Below are positions 1-11,355 of a DNA stretch of 64,000 bases, piece by piece. Below the pieces are notes generated by a model that saw only the letters and a list, made by a program, of their open reading frames with translations, searched no databases and had not been told where the DNA came from. The stretch is from Eledone cirrhosa (Eukaryota), in NCBI GenBank assembly GCA_964016885.1, contig OZ024740.1, positions 167,400,001 through 167,464,000 on the forward strand. Direction: 5' to 3'. Each line of letters starts with the position of its first letter. Position 1 is the first letter of the stretch. A program made the position numbers and the translations under genes.

Positions 1-28
1 ATATGTATATATGTAAGTGTGAATGCAT

Positions 29-440
29 GTCAGGTCGCTTTCCAGTCCTACTGGTAACATGAAACCCTGTACAACCCGTCTCAAGGTCGGGTCGTAGGTG
101 ACTAAATCAGCAACCCCACCAACCTTGGTGAGGAGGGTGATATTTGGACACCCTGCGGGATGATAAATAAGACCCGGCAAAGGGCGGAGGAACCCAGCAG
201 AATCAATGGCCATCCAAATAGAACTAGTACATGTTTTCCCCTTGGAGTGAAAGGCTCCCAGTTGTTGTCACAACACCTTTCTAGGAGAGAGAAACGGAAA
301 AACCCTGCGGCTTAGGAAGGACCCGATGATGTTGAACAGTTCTCCTTTTAGGGTAGTGTTTTTGATGCTCAGAGAGTGAGATTGGTCAGAGCAAGGCCTT
401 TCCCCACGTAAATAAACCTCAAAGCACAACCATTGCTTGT
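29..440 (+). repeat. Interspersed structured repeat (family A), possibly an RTE 5'UTR-derived non-autonomous element
   Basis: Colinear with 27391-27790 and 27895-28375 (shared tactggtaacatg, ggtcgggtcgt, caccaa..ttggtgaggagggtg, caaagggcggaggaac, aatggccat, ctaggaga, gatgatgttga, agagagtgagattgg). Confidence 0.7.
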
Positions 441-786
441 TCAAGATCTGTTACAAGTTCGTGTAGCTAAAAGTGCACCATTTTCTGTAATCTGACAAGC
501 GATAGTAATACTCTTAGCAGAGTTTTGCAGCCATCATGTATGCATGTATGATTGTATGAATGTATATATGCATATAAGTATATATGTATGTACGGAGATA
601 CGTATATCTCTCTATTTGTATTTATACAGATATAACAGTTGTTTTGTTGTAGGAAAAATTTTGAAATTTCTAACGAGCTTAAAATTCATAGAATATATTT
701 TGGTATTCACAAATCAAATTTTACCTGATTGTGTATTGTAGAAAATGCAAGTAGTAGTTGATTGTGTACGTCCATGTGTAGTGGGG

Positions 787-832
787 ATATATATATATAT
801 ATATAATGTGTATATATATATATATATATATA

Positions 833-928
<96 letters not shown>

Positions 929-1041
929 GTGTATATATACATATATACACACATATATACATATGCATATATGTGTATATGTATATATATATATATTTAT
1001 ATATATATGTATATATATATATACACACATATATATATGCA

Positions 1042-1128
<87 letters not shown>

Positions 1129-1142
1129 ATATATATATATAC

Positions 1143-1179
<37 letters not shown>

Positions 1180-1230
1180 CATTTATATAAAGAGAGAGAG
1201 AGAGGGGGGGCAAGAGCGAGGGAGAGAGAT
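787..1230. repeat. Compound (TA)n/(TG)n/(GA)n microsatellite
   Basis: Seen directly; one of dozens of such tracts in the window. Confidence 0.98.
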
Positions 1231-2258
1231 ACAGACTGATAAACACTCTGACTGAAAGTCAGATAGATAGATAGATGCAAACAAAATTAAAAGATGGTGA
1301 AATAATAGAGATATAGATAAATTGTGAGGGTTGGAATGAAAGGGTGAAATCTAGAGTAAAGAAAGTAGAGATAGATATAAGTGAAGGAAAACGTTTTCCT
1401 CCCTTGTTTATCAATCGGTGGAACAGCACTCCTGACAGAATGTATAGGGTGTACATAGTACAGAGATAAATAGACATAGGGAGACACAGTGCGACAGAGA
1501 ATGAGTGTAGAGCTGAAAGAGAAGTGTGTGCTTGTAAAATGATGGAAGTCAATTGGTCGACTCTTGTTAACTTTTATCAAATTACTCATCTTGAGGCATT
1601 TAGATTTATTTGTTTCAGTTGTTTATTTTATATTTCCGATTCTGTGGCGTATTTTTATTCACTATGAGTCAATCATTGAACAAATTGTTAGTAGAATTCA
1701 TCAATCTCATCAACAATTCTTTCAAAATACGAATATTTAATTGACGACTAACTAGAAAAGGAAGCAATGTTTCAAAAGCAGCTATTTTCTCTCGTTACTA
1801 AACCATCCGTTCTAGTTTCCCCTCTTGTATACTTTTCTTTCTATCTTTCCTGTTTCTATTTTTAAACGATTTTCTATTTATATATTTTTATTTTCTATTC
1901 GCTCCACATTATTCCCATTGCATTTATTTTCTTCTCTTTTTGTATATAGAGATTCTTCATTTACAAACCAATGATCGACAAAGGTGAAACAATGTAAATC
2001 AGAGTATTTATTTCAGGCAGTATATCTAGGACTATTATTTAATATGTATATTCTTGTGCGATTAGGCTGCTATTTCTAACAGCTCAATTGTTCACATAGA
2101 TGAACAATTCTCATCTTTCTATTATGTGGTTTCATTTTTTCTATAATAATCAATAACTTAAGTAGTAATATTACTGATATTGATTCAGCCAACAATAACT
2201 CTATCCTCGCCAACTTAGCCTAAGGCTTTGTTATAAGAAATCATTATATACTTTCTAC

Positions 2259-2442
2259 GGCAGTGGATTGGGAGAATCGGTAGAGAGTCGGACACCATGC
2301 TTTCCAGCATAGTTACGTCCCTTTACGATCTGAGTTCAAATCCCGCCGAGGTTAACTTTGCATTTCATCCTTACGGGGTCGATAAAATAAAGTACCAGTA
2401 ATGCACTGGGTAATTGCTGGCCTTGTGCTTAAAGTAGAAACA
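2259..2442 (+). mobile_element. tRNA-derived SINE (family 1; Meta/MESC-like core), full length
   Basis: A-box-like head, B-box gagttcaaatccc, core tttcatccttacggggtcgataaaataaagtaccag; 16-bp TSD attatatactttctac at 2243-2258 and 2443-2458. Confidence 0.92.
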
Positions 2443-2633
2443 ATTATATACTTTCTACTCTCTGTAAACAACCAAATTTGCCGATTACTATTGTGATGTA
2501 TATCCCAATCCAGGCAGTGGGGTGACTTTTTGACTAGGATACTTAACGTACTCCACTTAGGTAAAATTAGGTGCCACTAGTAACAAACAACCCAATGACA
2601 ACATAATGGGACGATACTATTTTACGTGGATAT

Positions 2634-2816
2634 GGCGGTGAATTGGCAGTATCGGTAGAGGGTCGGACATGCTTTCCAGCATAGTAACGTCCCTTTATGA
2701 TCTGAGTTCAAATCACGACAAGGTTAACTTGGCCTTTCATCCATACGGGGTCGATAAAATAAAGTACCAGTAATGTACTGGGTAATTGCTGGCCTTGTGC
2801 CAACAGTAGAAACAAT
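2634..2816 (+). mobile_element. SINE family 1, full length
   Basis: Same consensus; flanking direct repeat tattttacgtggat at 2618-2631 and 2817-2830. Confidence 0.92.
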
Positions 2817-2825
2817 TATTTTACG

Positions 2826-3002
2826 TGGATTTGCAGTATCGGTAGAGGGTGTGACGACATGCTTTGCAACAAAGTGTTACGGCCCTTTATGGTCTGAGTT
2901 CAAATCCCGCCGAGGTTAATATCCTTACGAGGTCGATAAAATAAAGCACCATAGTATATATACTAGGATAATTGCTGGCCTTGAGCCAAAAGTAGAAACA
3001 AT
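2826..3002 (+). mobile_element. SINE family 1, older copy with internal deletion
   Basis: gtggatttgcagtatcggtagaggg...ctgagttcaaatcccgccgagg...aagtagaaacaatt. Confidence 0.88.
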
Positions 3003-3054
3003 TATTTTACCTAACCTCAAATTCACTGGTTAGTAAATTCAGGGATAGATTTAT

Positions 3055-3158
3055 GCCGCCGACGTTAACTTTGCCTTTCATACTTACGGGATCGATAAAA
3101 TAAATTACCAGTAATGTACTGGGTAATTGCTGGCCTTGTGCCTAAAGTAGAAACAATT
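3055..3158 (+). mobile_element. SINE family 1, 5'-truncated
   Basis: Core and 3' tail only (gttaactttgcctttcat...gcctaaagtagaaacaatt). Confidence 0.88.
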
Positions 3159-3826
3159 ATGTTATTATACACTCAGCAGCAGGTTAGCTGTCTATTGCAA
3201 TTGAAAGAAATATTGTTTTAGTTATTTTCATTTTCGTTTGCCTTTGCGTTTGTTTCTATCTGTATGCTTTGATTTGGTTTTGTTATCTTATTTTTCTACT
3301 TTAGCCAGATAACTTGTACCGGTTGTGATTCCGGTTTGTATCCTTATGGGTGTCAATGTTTTGTGGCCATAGACAAATTTCGCATGAACCGAGGCGAGAA
3401 GGTATAAAAATGTTTAGCCACGAAACCTGTCATCAAAAACATTCAATTGATGAAAAATCTTTATATCTACGAATACATCATCTAGTGAACCCTTTACGAA
3501 GGCATGGTCTCATAAGAGTGAGATTTGAATATCAACTCTATCATGTCAAACGACCATGGCGATGCTTACTCATTAAAACACTTCATGTTACATACAGAAT
3601 CTAAAATGTAAAGACCATACTGATGTATAGGTTTTATTTTTCTACCACTCTTTGATAAGTTTTATATGAATCACAGAATGTAAACACCTTTATATTCTAA
3701 GAAGATTTAAAGTAAAATGAAAATTATTTGTTCTCTTTATATCCTGTGAGAAATTTCTTATTGTACTTTTATTTTATTACTAAACCACAAATGAAGCATA
3801 TTTCTGTCTACATGACTCTAACCACT

Positions 3827-4045
3827 TCAACATACATAAGTGTGTGTCCGTAAAACGTAGACACATCCACAAGGTCCGAACACAAAATAACCAAACTCCC
3901 ATTGGCACTGCCTCTGTGTCTCCAGCTCTCTCCATCTCATACTATTATGAACAAATGAGGGCCGATGTGCTTGACGCCCCGGGGTCCCGGCGGACAGAAT
4001 GGAAAAGGCGTTTACCAGGAGGATTGTGAGGAAGAGAGAGAACAT
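3827..4045 (-). CDS. Candidate short ORF or first exon with signal-peptide-like N-terminus
   Basis: ATG-initiated MFSLFLTILLVNAFSILSA-GTPGRQ... in non-repetitive, relatively GC-rich sequence; possible donor tat|gtatgt just before the stop. No homology recognised. Confidence 0.2.
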   Translation of the reverse strand: MFSLFLTILLVNAFSILSAGTPGRQAHRPSFVHNSMRWRELETQRQCQWEFGYFVFGPCGCVYVLRTHTYVC

Positions 4046-7000
4046 TACGTTTTAGCTTGAGATGCGGGCAAGTTAATATGAATTGAGCGTTCATTTCGCT
4101 AGTTGATGAGTTAAGGTATTTCTGTGTGCTGAGGACAACATTGGTGGATTCATAATCATGCAATATTTTCGTTTTTTTTCCCTTTAAAATAAAGTTCATC
4201 TTCTCTCTTTCTCTCTCTCTCTCTCACTCTCACGCTATCTCTCTCTCCTTTTTCTCCCTCCATCTCTCTCTCTTTTTCTTTTTTTCTTCTTCTTCTTCTT
4301 CTTCTTCTTCTTCTTCTTCTTCTTCTTCTTGGGGTCGTAGGGGAAGAGTTCTCAAACACTGCGACCATTGGAATTTGAGAGGCATAATTTCGTGTTTCTT
4401 TTCTTTGATTGTTTTTATTCTATCTAATATATATATATATATATATGAATCCCTTCTTTTTACTCTCCTTTACTCAGCGTATTTCTCTCCTCCCACTTAT
4501 ACTTCTTTCTATTGCTAGGTCTCACACACCTCTTTATGTTGGGATCATCTTTCTTTGCTTGAATCTGTTTTTGGTTACTTTACCCCGCCTGCATCTAATG
4601 TTCCTCTTTCTTTACTCCGATCTCTGAATCATTTTTTTCTCATCCTTTTCACATTTCCGGCATCGTTTGCTTCCCTCAATTTATCTATATAATAAACCTT
4701 AGGTTCCATCCATCATTTCTTTATAAACGATCCCTTGTTTTCTGTTCTTTATTTTTCGTTTTCCTGATCCAATTTTTTTTTATGCCAGCTCCCCCACTTC
4801 ATGGTTAGGTTTGATTCTCTTTGAAATTACAACCCTTATTTCTCTCCCAATTTCGCATCGGGTTGTACCTGGGCTATGGTGGAAAACATGCTTCAGTTTG
4901 CTGTTGAACGAGATCGACCATGTGCGTACAAATCAAACTACTTTAACGTTATCCCTTAAATGTTGCAGTAGTGTTCGTGCAGTCTGTTTATTTCGAACTA
5001 TCTAACTATCTCTGGATGCTTGAAATAATTGCATGATTTTCTGGAATATTTCAACATCTTATGCCTACCAGGAGAAACCAAAGGGAAAGAATAATTAGGC
5101 AAGCTGTGTTTCATTATCAATGAAATATTTTACCAATTAACACTCCTCGCTACAACATGAATTTTCATTTTACACAGGATGTCACAAGTCGACTGTGATG
5201 TCTTGATCGAATCAAATCCAATACATTGTTGTTAAATATTTCCTATGACCAAAGTGAGTCGAACCCAATGGGATGGATATTCAGGGCAATAAGGTAATAA
5301 AAGTGTAACTATCTTCCCGCATCTATATGGTATTGTCTTCTGATATATAAGTCGTTAGTTCATTCTTTATCACAGAGCATCATAATGCGTGTTCCCAATA
5401 CCAATTAAGTCGATAAAATGAATACCTGCCATGCAGATAAGCCAGTAACATATCGGGGAGTAGCTTTCTAAAAATATATTATACCATTTACGTGTCGGGC
5501 AAATTAACGAAATAATATACACGCAGTATTCTAAAACATATGGAGTATTTAAGAACCAACTATCCTATATATCCTATAATACTATTTACATCTACTGCCT
5601 TCAAGACAAGATAAAGTTTAATTCATAATCATGTTTTAGAAATAAAACCCCAAAAGGTATGAATGTTGTGTAAATCAACAGTAAAGATCAGGCATATAAG
5701 CTGTATTTGCGTCCACTCACGTTGGGAATTAAGACACAACTAATGTTTCTTCTTCATAATTAATAAAGTCTATAATATGGAATATAATTGCTTAAGACTC
5801 GAGAAATGGTTAAAATGCACTTGTTCTCCCACGACAGCAACAACTTTCAGTAATCTATTAATTTATTTTTGCTCCCACAGACCATGCCAATTTGCATTGT
5901 TTTCCAGTTAAATTTCTTTGATGATTAACTGTAATCGTTAGCGGCTGTTTAGAATAAATTTTGTAGATCAGGAAATTAGTTTCAATGGGAATAGTATATG
6001 AGAACGAAAAGGGAGACATTGAGACACAAAAGCAGTGTGAAAGATAGACTGAGAAATAAAGAATGGAATTGTCTCTTTTTCTGTGTTATAAAGAACAGTA
6101 AAGATTGAGAAAATAATTACATTCGTGTATTTTCAATTATTTTAAACCAAAAGTGTTCTCCTATAGAATGTGAAAGTAAATTTCATCACTGTTACATTTC
6201 ATGCTAGGAACAGGAGCTTTGCCGAAAACTTCGTTGGCAAATAGAATTCGTTCGAAATTGTTCAACCGATAACGTTGATCAAAGCCGAGAAGTACTGTTA
6301 CTATAGAGGCAATTTAACAGGAAACATTACATACGTACAAGCGCCGATATTTACTTTTCTTTAAAATTCCCTTCAACTTATTCACAGTAGGATAAGAAAT
6401 AATGTATTGTGATAATAGTGTTGAAGTGCATAAAATAGCACATTTGGCACAATATACAATTTTCTCTGGTTTCATCGATCCAGTATAAAAAGTTCTATTA
6501 ACTCCATTTACGTTTGCTATCTGGTCCATTTACTGTCTTGGGAATCTATTTACATCTAACTGCTATCACAAATAAGTACCATAACAGAGAAACATGCAAG
6601 CTTTATCATGTGACACATTTGTACGAGGATATATATATATAGCAGAAAATCAAATTTTATATGCTGGCTGTCAATGTATTAATGTATAACATCATCTAAG
6701 GAGAAATCTAGGATGAATTATATTATGTATGTATGTATGTAAATATGTATGTATGCATGAATGAATGCATGTAAATATGTATGTATGTGTGTATGAAAAT
6801 ATGTACGTATATCTGGTCTTTAGAGAGCATTACTGATAATATGTAACAGAATACTAATTGTTGCATAATTGAGACGTCGGAGACTAAGCCAGAAACACCA
6901 CTGAGCCTGTTTGGTTCGGAAGGTGGTATTTAGAGATACCGTGGGATTAGAACAATAATATTGAAAGAGCATATGAAAACATGAAAAGTGACGGCCGCAC

Positions 7001-7144
7001 AATAATGTGTAAATATGTGTATTTGCATGTTTCTGTAAATTCACATTAACAAAATGATACGTTTACCAGATATACGCGATGTTTGGCATCTCTGAACTTT
7101 TGCCTCGGCTTGGGTAGGTGGCCAGCACAATAGAATACCACCGT

Positions 7145-7825
7145 AAAACCGGTTGGTTTTGCCCGTAAAAGCTGTCCAGCTATTCTTTCCTGATACCTTC
7201 TAACAAAATGCCCGTAGTATAGGAGCTGTGATCTCTCGATTCGGAGAAGTAGCAGCTCCATCTTCAGAACCTCTCCGATTTCTGACTCATGCACTCTGAA
7301 GAAGCCCATTTCAGCCACTTGTATTAGCGATCCTACTCTTTCGTTTATTACCAAATATTCGTGACCATAATTACGTGTTGGCACGATTTCTGAATTGAAG
7401 AAAGCGTGTTTTGCATTAACACCTACCTCCTTTCTTCTGATTACTGAATGCTGAGGCTGGTACGTTACTGCACCAGCTCCTGCAATTCTTGCACTTAATT
7501 TAGCCTATTTGCCTTCCATTACTCGTGAACATGCCCCTCCCCGAATATATGAACGTCTCCATTAGCGGCAGCGGAAAATGTTTCATATGTACAGTGCTTT
7601 GCGCATGCTTCCTTGAGAGGGCGTGTATCTCACTTTTCGTAGCACTGATTTTCCATGTGAATATTTGGTCGGTTCTTCTGCGTCCGGGGCGAAAACCATA
7701 ATGTTCGCCATATATATAGGACTCGACATCTCCATATATCTCTTTGACAGACACCCAGTATAACTTTTAAGGAAGAGCCTTAAAAAGGTGATGCATCTAT
7801 AATTGATCTCTGTCCCTTATCCATT
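7145..7825 (-). mobile_element. Degenerate RTE-clade LINE fragment (RT and C-terminal region)
   Basis: Remnants EHYGFRPGRRRTDQIFT, IQVAEMGFFR, LLLLRIERSQLLYYGHFVR; frameshifted and internally deleted. Confidence 0.85.
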
Positions 7826-7827
7826 TA

Positions 7828-8335
7828 TACAAGGGTCGACTGATACCTTCATAGGTTGAACAAATACCCGCATGAAATGTGACCAAATGATGTTTATTTT
7901 TCAATATAGTCCCTCTTGTGATCCACACACTTTTTCCGTCGGTGGTGCAGCAGTTGGATCCCATTAGTAAAGAAGCTTTCATCCTGCTCGTTAAAAGTCA
8001 TCATATGACATCATCATAACTGCCATACTAGTTCCCAGCCAAGTATTGTTTCATGTTGCAGAACAGATGATAGCCAGATGCGGTCAAACCAAGAGCATAG
8101 GGAGGGTAAACAACTATTTCAAATCCACAATCAGGCACAGTAGTCATTGAAACCAAGTATTTGTGAGATGGAGCATTGTCCTTATGAAACAAGACACATT
8201 TCGTCAGATTTCGTGGGCTTTCACTCTCGATAGCCTTCCGTAATTGCCTCAGCAAATTAACATAATTCTCTCCATTGATCGTGTGGCCCTTTTGAAGATA
8301 GCCAATAAGCGCAATGCATGTATAGAACATAGATG
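7828..8335 (-). mobile_element. mariner transposon 3' half (DD34D-type catalytic region, decayed)
   Basis: GHTINGENYVNLL..., VLFHKDNAPSH, YPPYALGLTASGYHLF (cf. HPPYSPDLAPSDYHLF); TA plus TIR-like caagggtcgactgat at 7828. Confidence 0.9.
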
Positions 8336-8778
8336 ATACCGCCTATTATATCGATAGCAGCCATCCCCAAATGTTGTATTACCTATTTTCAAATTCTTTC
8401 TATCTTCTGTCTTCGATACTCTGTTTGGGTTCAACGTAATCCTATTATATAATTCTGCAAATAACACCTGATGAACTCGTCTAAGCTTACCATCATAATC
8501 GGATGATATGACATGGCCATCTAAATATTTAGAGTGCCTTCGCGGAATTAAAATTCTAAAGTAATTTTTTCAGTCCGGCCTTCTGTTGTTGTGTTAATGA
8601 ATACTTAACACCGTTTTTGCAACAGACAGTGGATAATGTTGAATGCATTAATTATTTTGTTGCATCATTGTTGATTAGCTAGAACCACCAGTTCTACACT
8701 TTGGTAAACGGCCTAACATAAATGATACAAATATATACACGCATACACACACAGACACCCGCACACACACACACACAC

Positions 8779-8897
<119 letters not shown>

Positions 8898-9036
8898 CAT
8901 AAATATAATTACATAATAAACAACACAATATAATTATTCCAATACCAAAGGATTCAAGTAACTAGACGATTCTTACACCATAATTATATTGTGCTGTTGT
9001 ATTATGTAATTAGATACCTCTGTGCTATACATAGTT

Positions 9037-9658
9037 CGGTTTCAAGACGCTCGAGGATGTCCTGGCACACTCGCATACGTCGACCCTACTGGTCATCGTT
9101 CAACAGTTTTGGCACCATCTTCGCGCAGACTTCCCGCATGTCCAAATCTTCAGTAAGGATCTTCCAGACACTATCCTGATTCATGACCAGCTCATTTGCC
9201 ATGAGTCGAACAGTCAGCCGACGATCGCTACGCACCATCTGCCTGACGCGCTCAACGTTGACCTCAGTCCTGGTTGGTGAGGGCCTTCCGCTCCTGGGGT
9301 CATCTTCCACGTCCTCGCATGCTTCTTTAAACCTCTTGCACCACTCAAAAACACGTGAGCGTGACATCGTCTCATCTCCATACACTTGCTGCAGCAATCC
9401 CAGTGCTTCTGACAGAGTTTTCCCCAACGTACCCGAAACTTCAAGTTGGTTCGTGGCTCTGTGCTCATTGCTTGATGACCTAAAACAGAGGACATGTATA
9501 TAAAATAATGAAGAAAAAAGTTTGATCGCTGCAGAGCGCTAAGATTACAGTTACATACTCCAGGGGGATTACTTTGAAGTAGAAAACTCTTAGTACGAAG
9601 TTTCGGTTTGAAATAAATCTTTTGTGACATCAGTCCTGGAACCTTTCTGACACACGTC

Positions 9659-9660
<2 letters not shown>
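9037..9660 (-). mobile_element. mariner transposon 5' half (HTH DNA-binding region)
   Basis: VYGDETMSRSRVFEWCKRFK...EDDPRSGRP...VCAKMVPKLL (WVPHEL-equivalent); TIR-like tacgacgtgtgtcagaaaggttccaggactg next to (TA)n. Confidence 0.92.
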
Positions 9661-9693
<33 letters not shown>

Positions 9694-9834
9694 CAGTCCC
9701 TTGGCTTCCATAGACTCAGATACGAACACACACCAAACAGAGAATACATACACAAATGCATGCGGAAACAGAGACAAGAAAGTAAATATAAAATAGAATA
9801 GACATTGCAATACAACGGTAGGAAACATAATAGT

Positions 9835-9876
9835 TCCACTGATGATGTCACAGGTGTGTGATGAAAGAACTTTGAC
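9835..9876 (+). ncRNA. Type I hammerhead ribozyme-like motif
   Basis: tcca CTGATGA tgtcac-aggtgt-gtgat GAAA gaac TT tgac; homologous to 42289-42331. Confidence 0.7.
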
Positions 9877-10019
9877 TATATATGTATATTTATATCTATA
9901 TATTTAACTGATGTTCAATCAAAGATTAACATTGATTGCCAGTTATATTAACTATAGGGATTTAAAATATACGGAACCGAAAACCAATCCAAACCAAACG
10001 TGAGTGTGTTTCATTATAG

Positions 10020-10207
10020 GGCGGTGAATTGGTAGTATCGGTGGAGGGTCGGACGCCATGCTTTCCAGAAGAGTTACGTCCCTTTACGATCTGAGTTCAA
10101 ATCCCGCGGAGGTTGACTTTGCCTTTCATCCTTACGGGGTCGATAAAATAAAGTACCAGTAATGCACTGGGTAATTGCTGGCCTTGTGCCTAAAGTAGAA
10201 ACAATTA
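10020..10207 (+). mobile_element. SINE family 1, full length
   Basis: Near-consensus copy. Confidence 0.92.
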
Positions 10208-10257
10208 TTATTTCTGGCAATATTATATCAATATGACCCTCCCAAAATGTAACAATT

Positions 10258-10293
<36 letters not shown>

Positions 10294-11005
10294 TATATAT
10301 ATGAGTGTGTGTCTGTTTGTGTGTGTACAAATAAGGACAGGCAAGTAGACACATCAAATATTCAATGCCAGACATAAATGTCTCATTTGCACATTTTCTT
10401 GTCTGAACTCACTTCCTATGATACTGTTCATATTCCTAATAAATAAAGTTATGAAACCTAATAAAATTTTATTATGTATTCAACTTCCTGCAGAAGAACT
10501 ATTGCAAGGCTTACCGGAAATGTTTAAAAGTTAAATTTCAAGTTGCAGTTGCATATTCAGCAACAATATTTTAAAAATACGTGAAGTATTTTAAGAAATG
10601 TAATGCTGCATATTTAAATATAGGGAATTTTTATATCAAAATAATTTGTACAAATATACATAAATATACGAAACCTCAGACATTACACAAACATATGCAT
10701 GTATGTTTGTATCAAGGTATCTACTAATATGATTATCTAAATATGTTTGATAATGTATGGGTGCACATAAGTGATAGACTATTTTGAGTGTGTGCTGCTT
10801 CTGAAGTAGGATCCTCACTAGTTTGTGTTTATATGTGGTTAATGTTATTGTACCTGTGGATATTTATTTATGTTTATCTTAGGTCAATATTCTGTGTTTA
10901 TGTATGGTGGTTTTTTTGTTATTCCATTCATTTTTTCTGTTCAACTTCGGTTTTCTTAGTTCTATTTCAGTTGTTTCTCTAATGTGCTTACCTGCTGAGT
11001 CATTT

Positions 11006-11069
<64 letters not shown>

Positions 11070-11073
<4 letters not shown>

Positions 11074-11296
11074 CTTTGGGAGGGTCATGTTGCCAATAAG
11101 AAACAAATTCAGAAACGAAATATATATATATTACATATATATATAATATTGAAACAAAGACATCGGAAGAACCAGTGTATCCCCGAGCATTCTGTAACTC
11201 ACTTAATGCTTTAATTAAGCCAGCATCACTAGGATACCAAGCACAAAGAAGACCTGAGTTCACACGTTAATAGTGAGAGAAAAGATTTCGTGAGGG

Positions 11297-11298
<2 letters not shown>
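11070..11298 (-). mobile_element. Penelope-like terminal fragment between (TA)n tracts
   Basis: Terminus gtttcttattggcaacatgaccctcccaaagtat is identical to that of the GIY-YIG-bearing element at 42135; decayed hammerhead stems at 11177-11237. Confidence 0.65.

Positions 11299-11353
<55 letters not shown>

Positions 11354-11355
<2 letters not shown>

Larger units (their letters stand above)
9690..10258 (+). mobile_element. Penelope-like pseudo-LTR fragment interrupted by a SINE
   Basis: Contains a hammerhead motif (9835-9876) and ends in ttctggcaatatt...atgaccctcccaaaatgtaacaat, as at 51405-51450; flanked by (TA)n and (CA)n. Confidence 0.7.

Noticed and set aside
707-1280. Long [12 protein letters not shown], poly-R and poly-L ORFs here and throughout the track
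   Set aside because: Stop-free translations of TA, CA, GA and TTC microsatellites, not proteins.
2259-3158. Repeated ~190-bp units resembling a CRISPR array or tRNA cluster
   Set aside because: Units are diverged SINE copies with individual TSDs; no short identical repeats with spacers and no complete cloverleaf.
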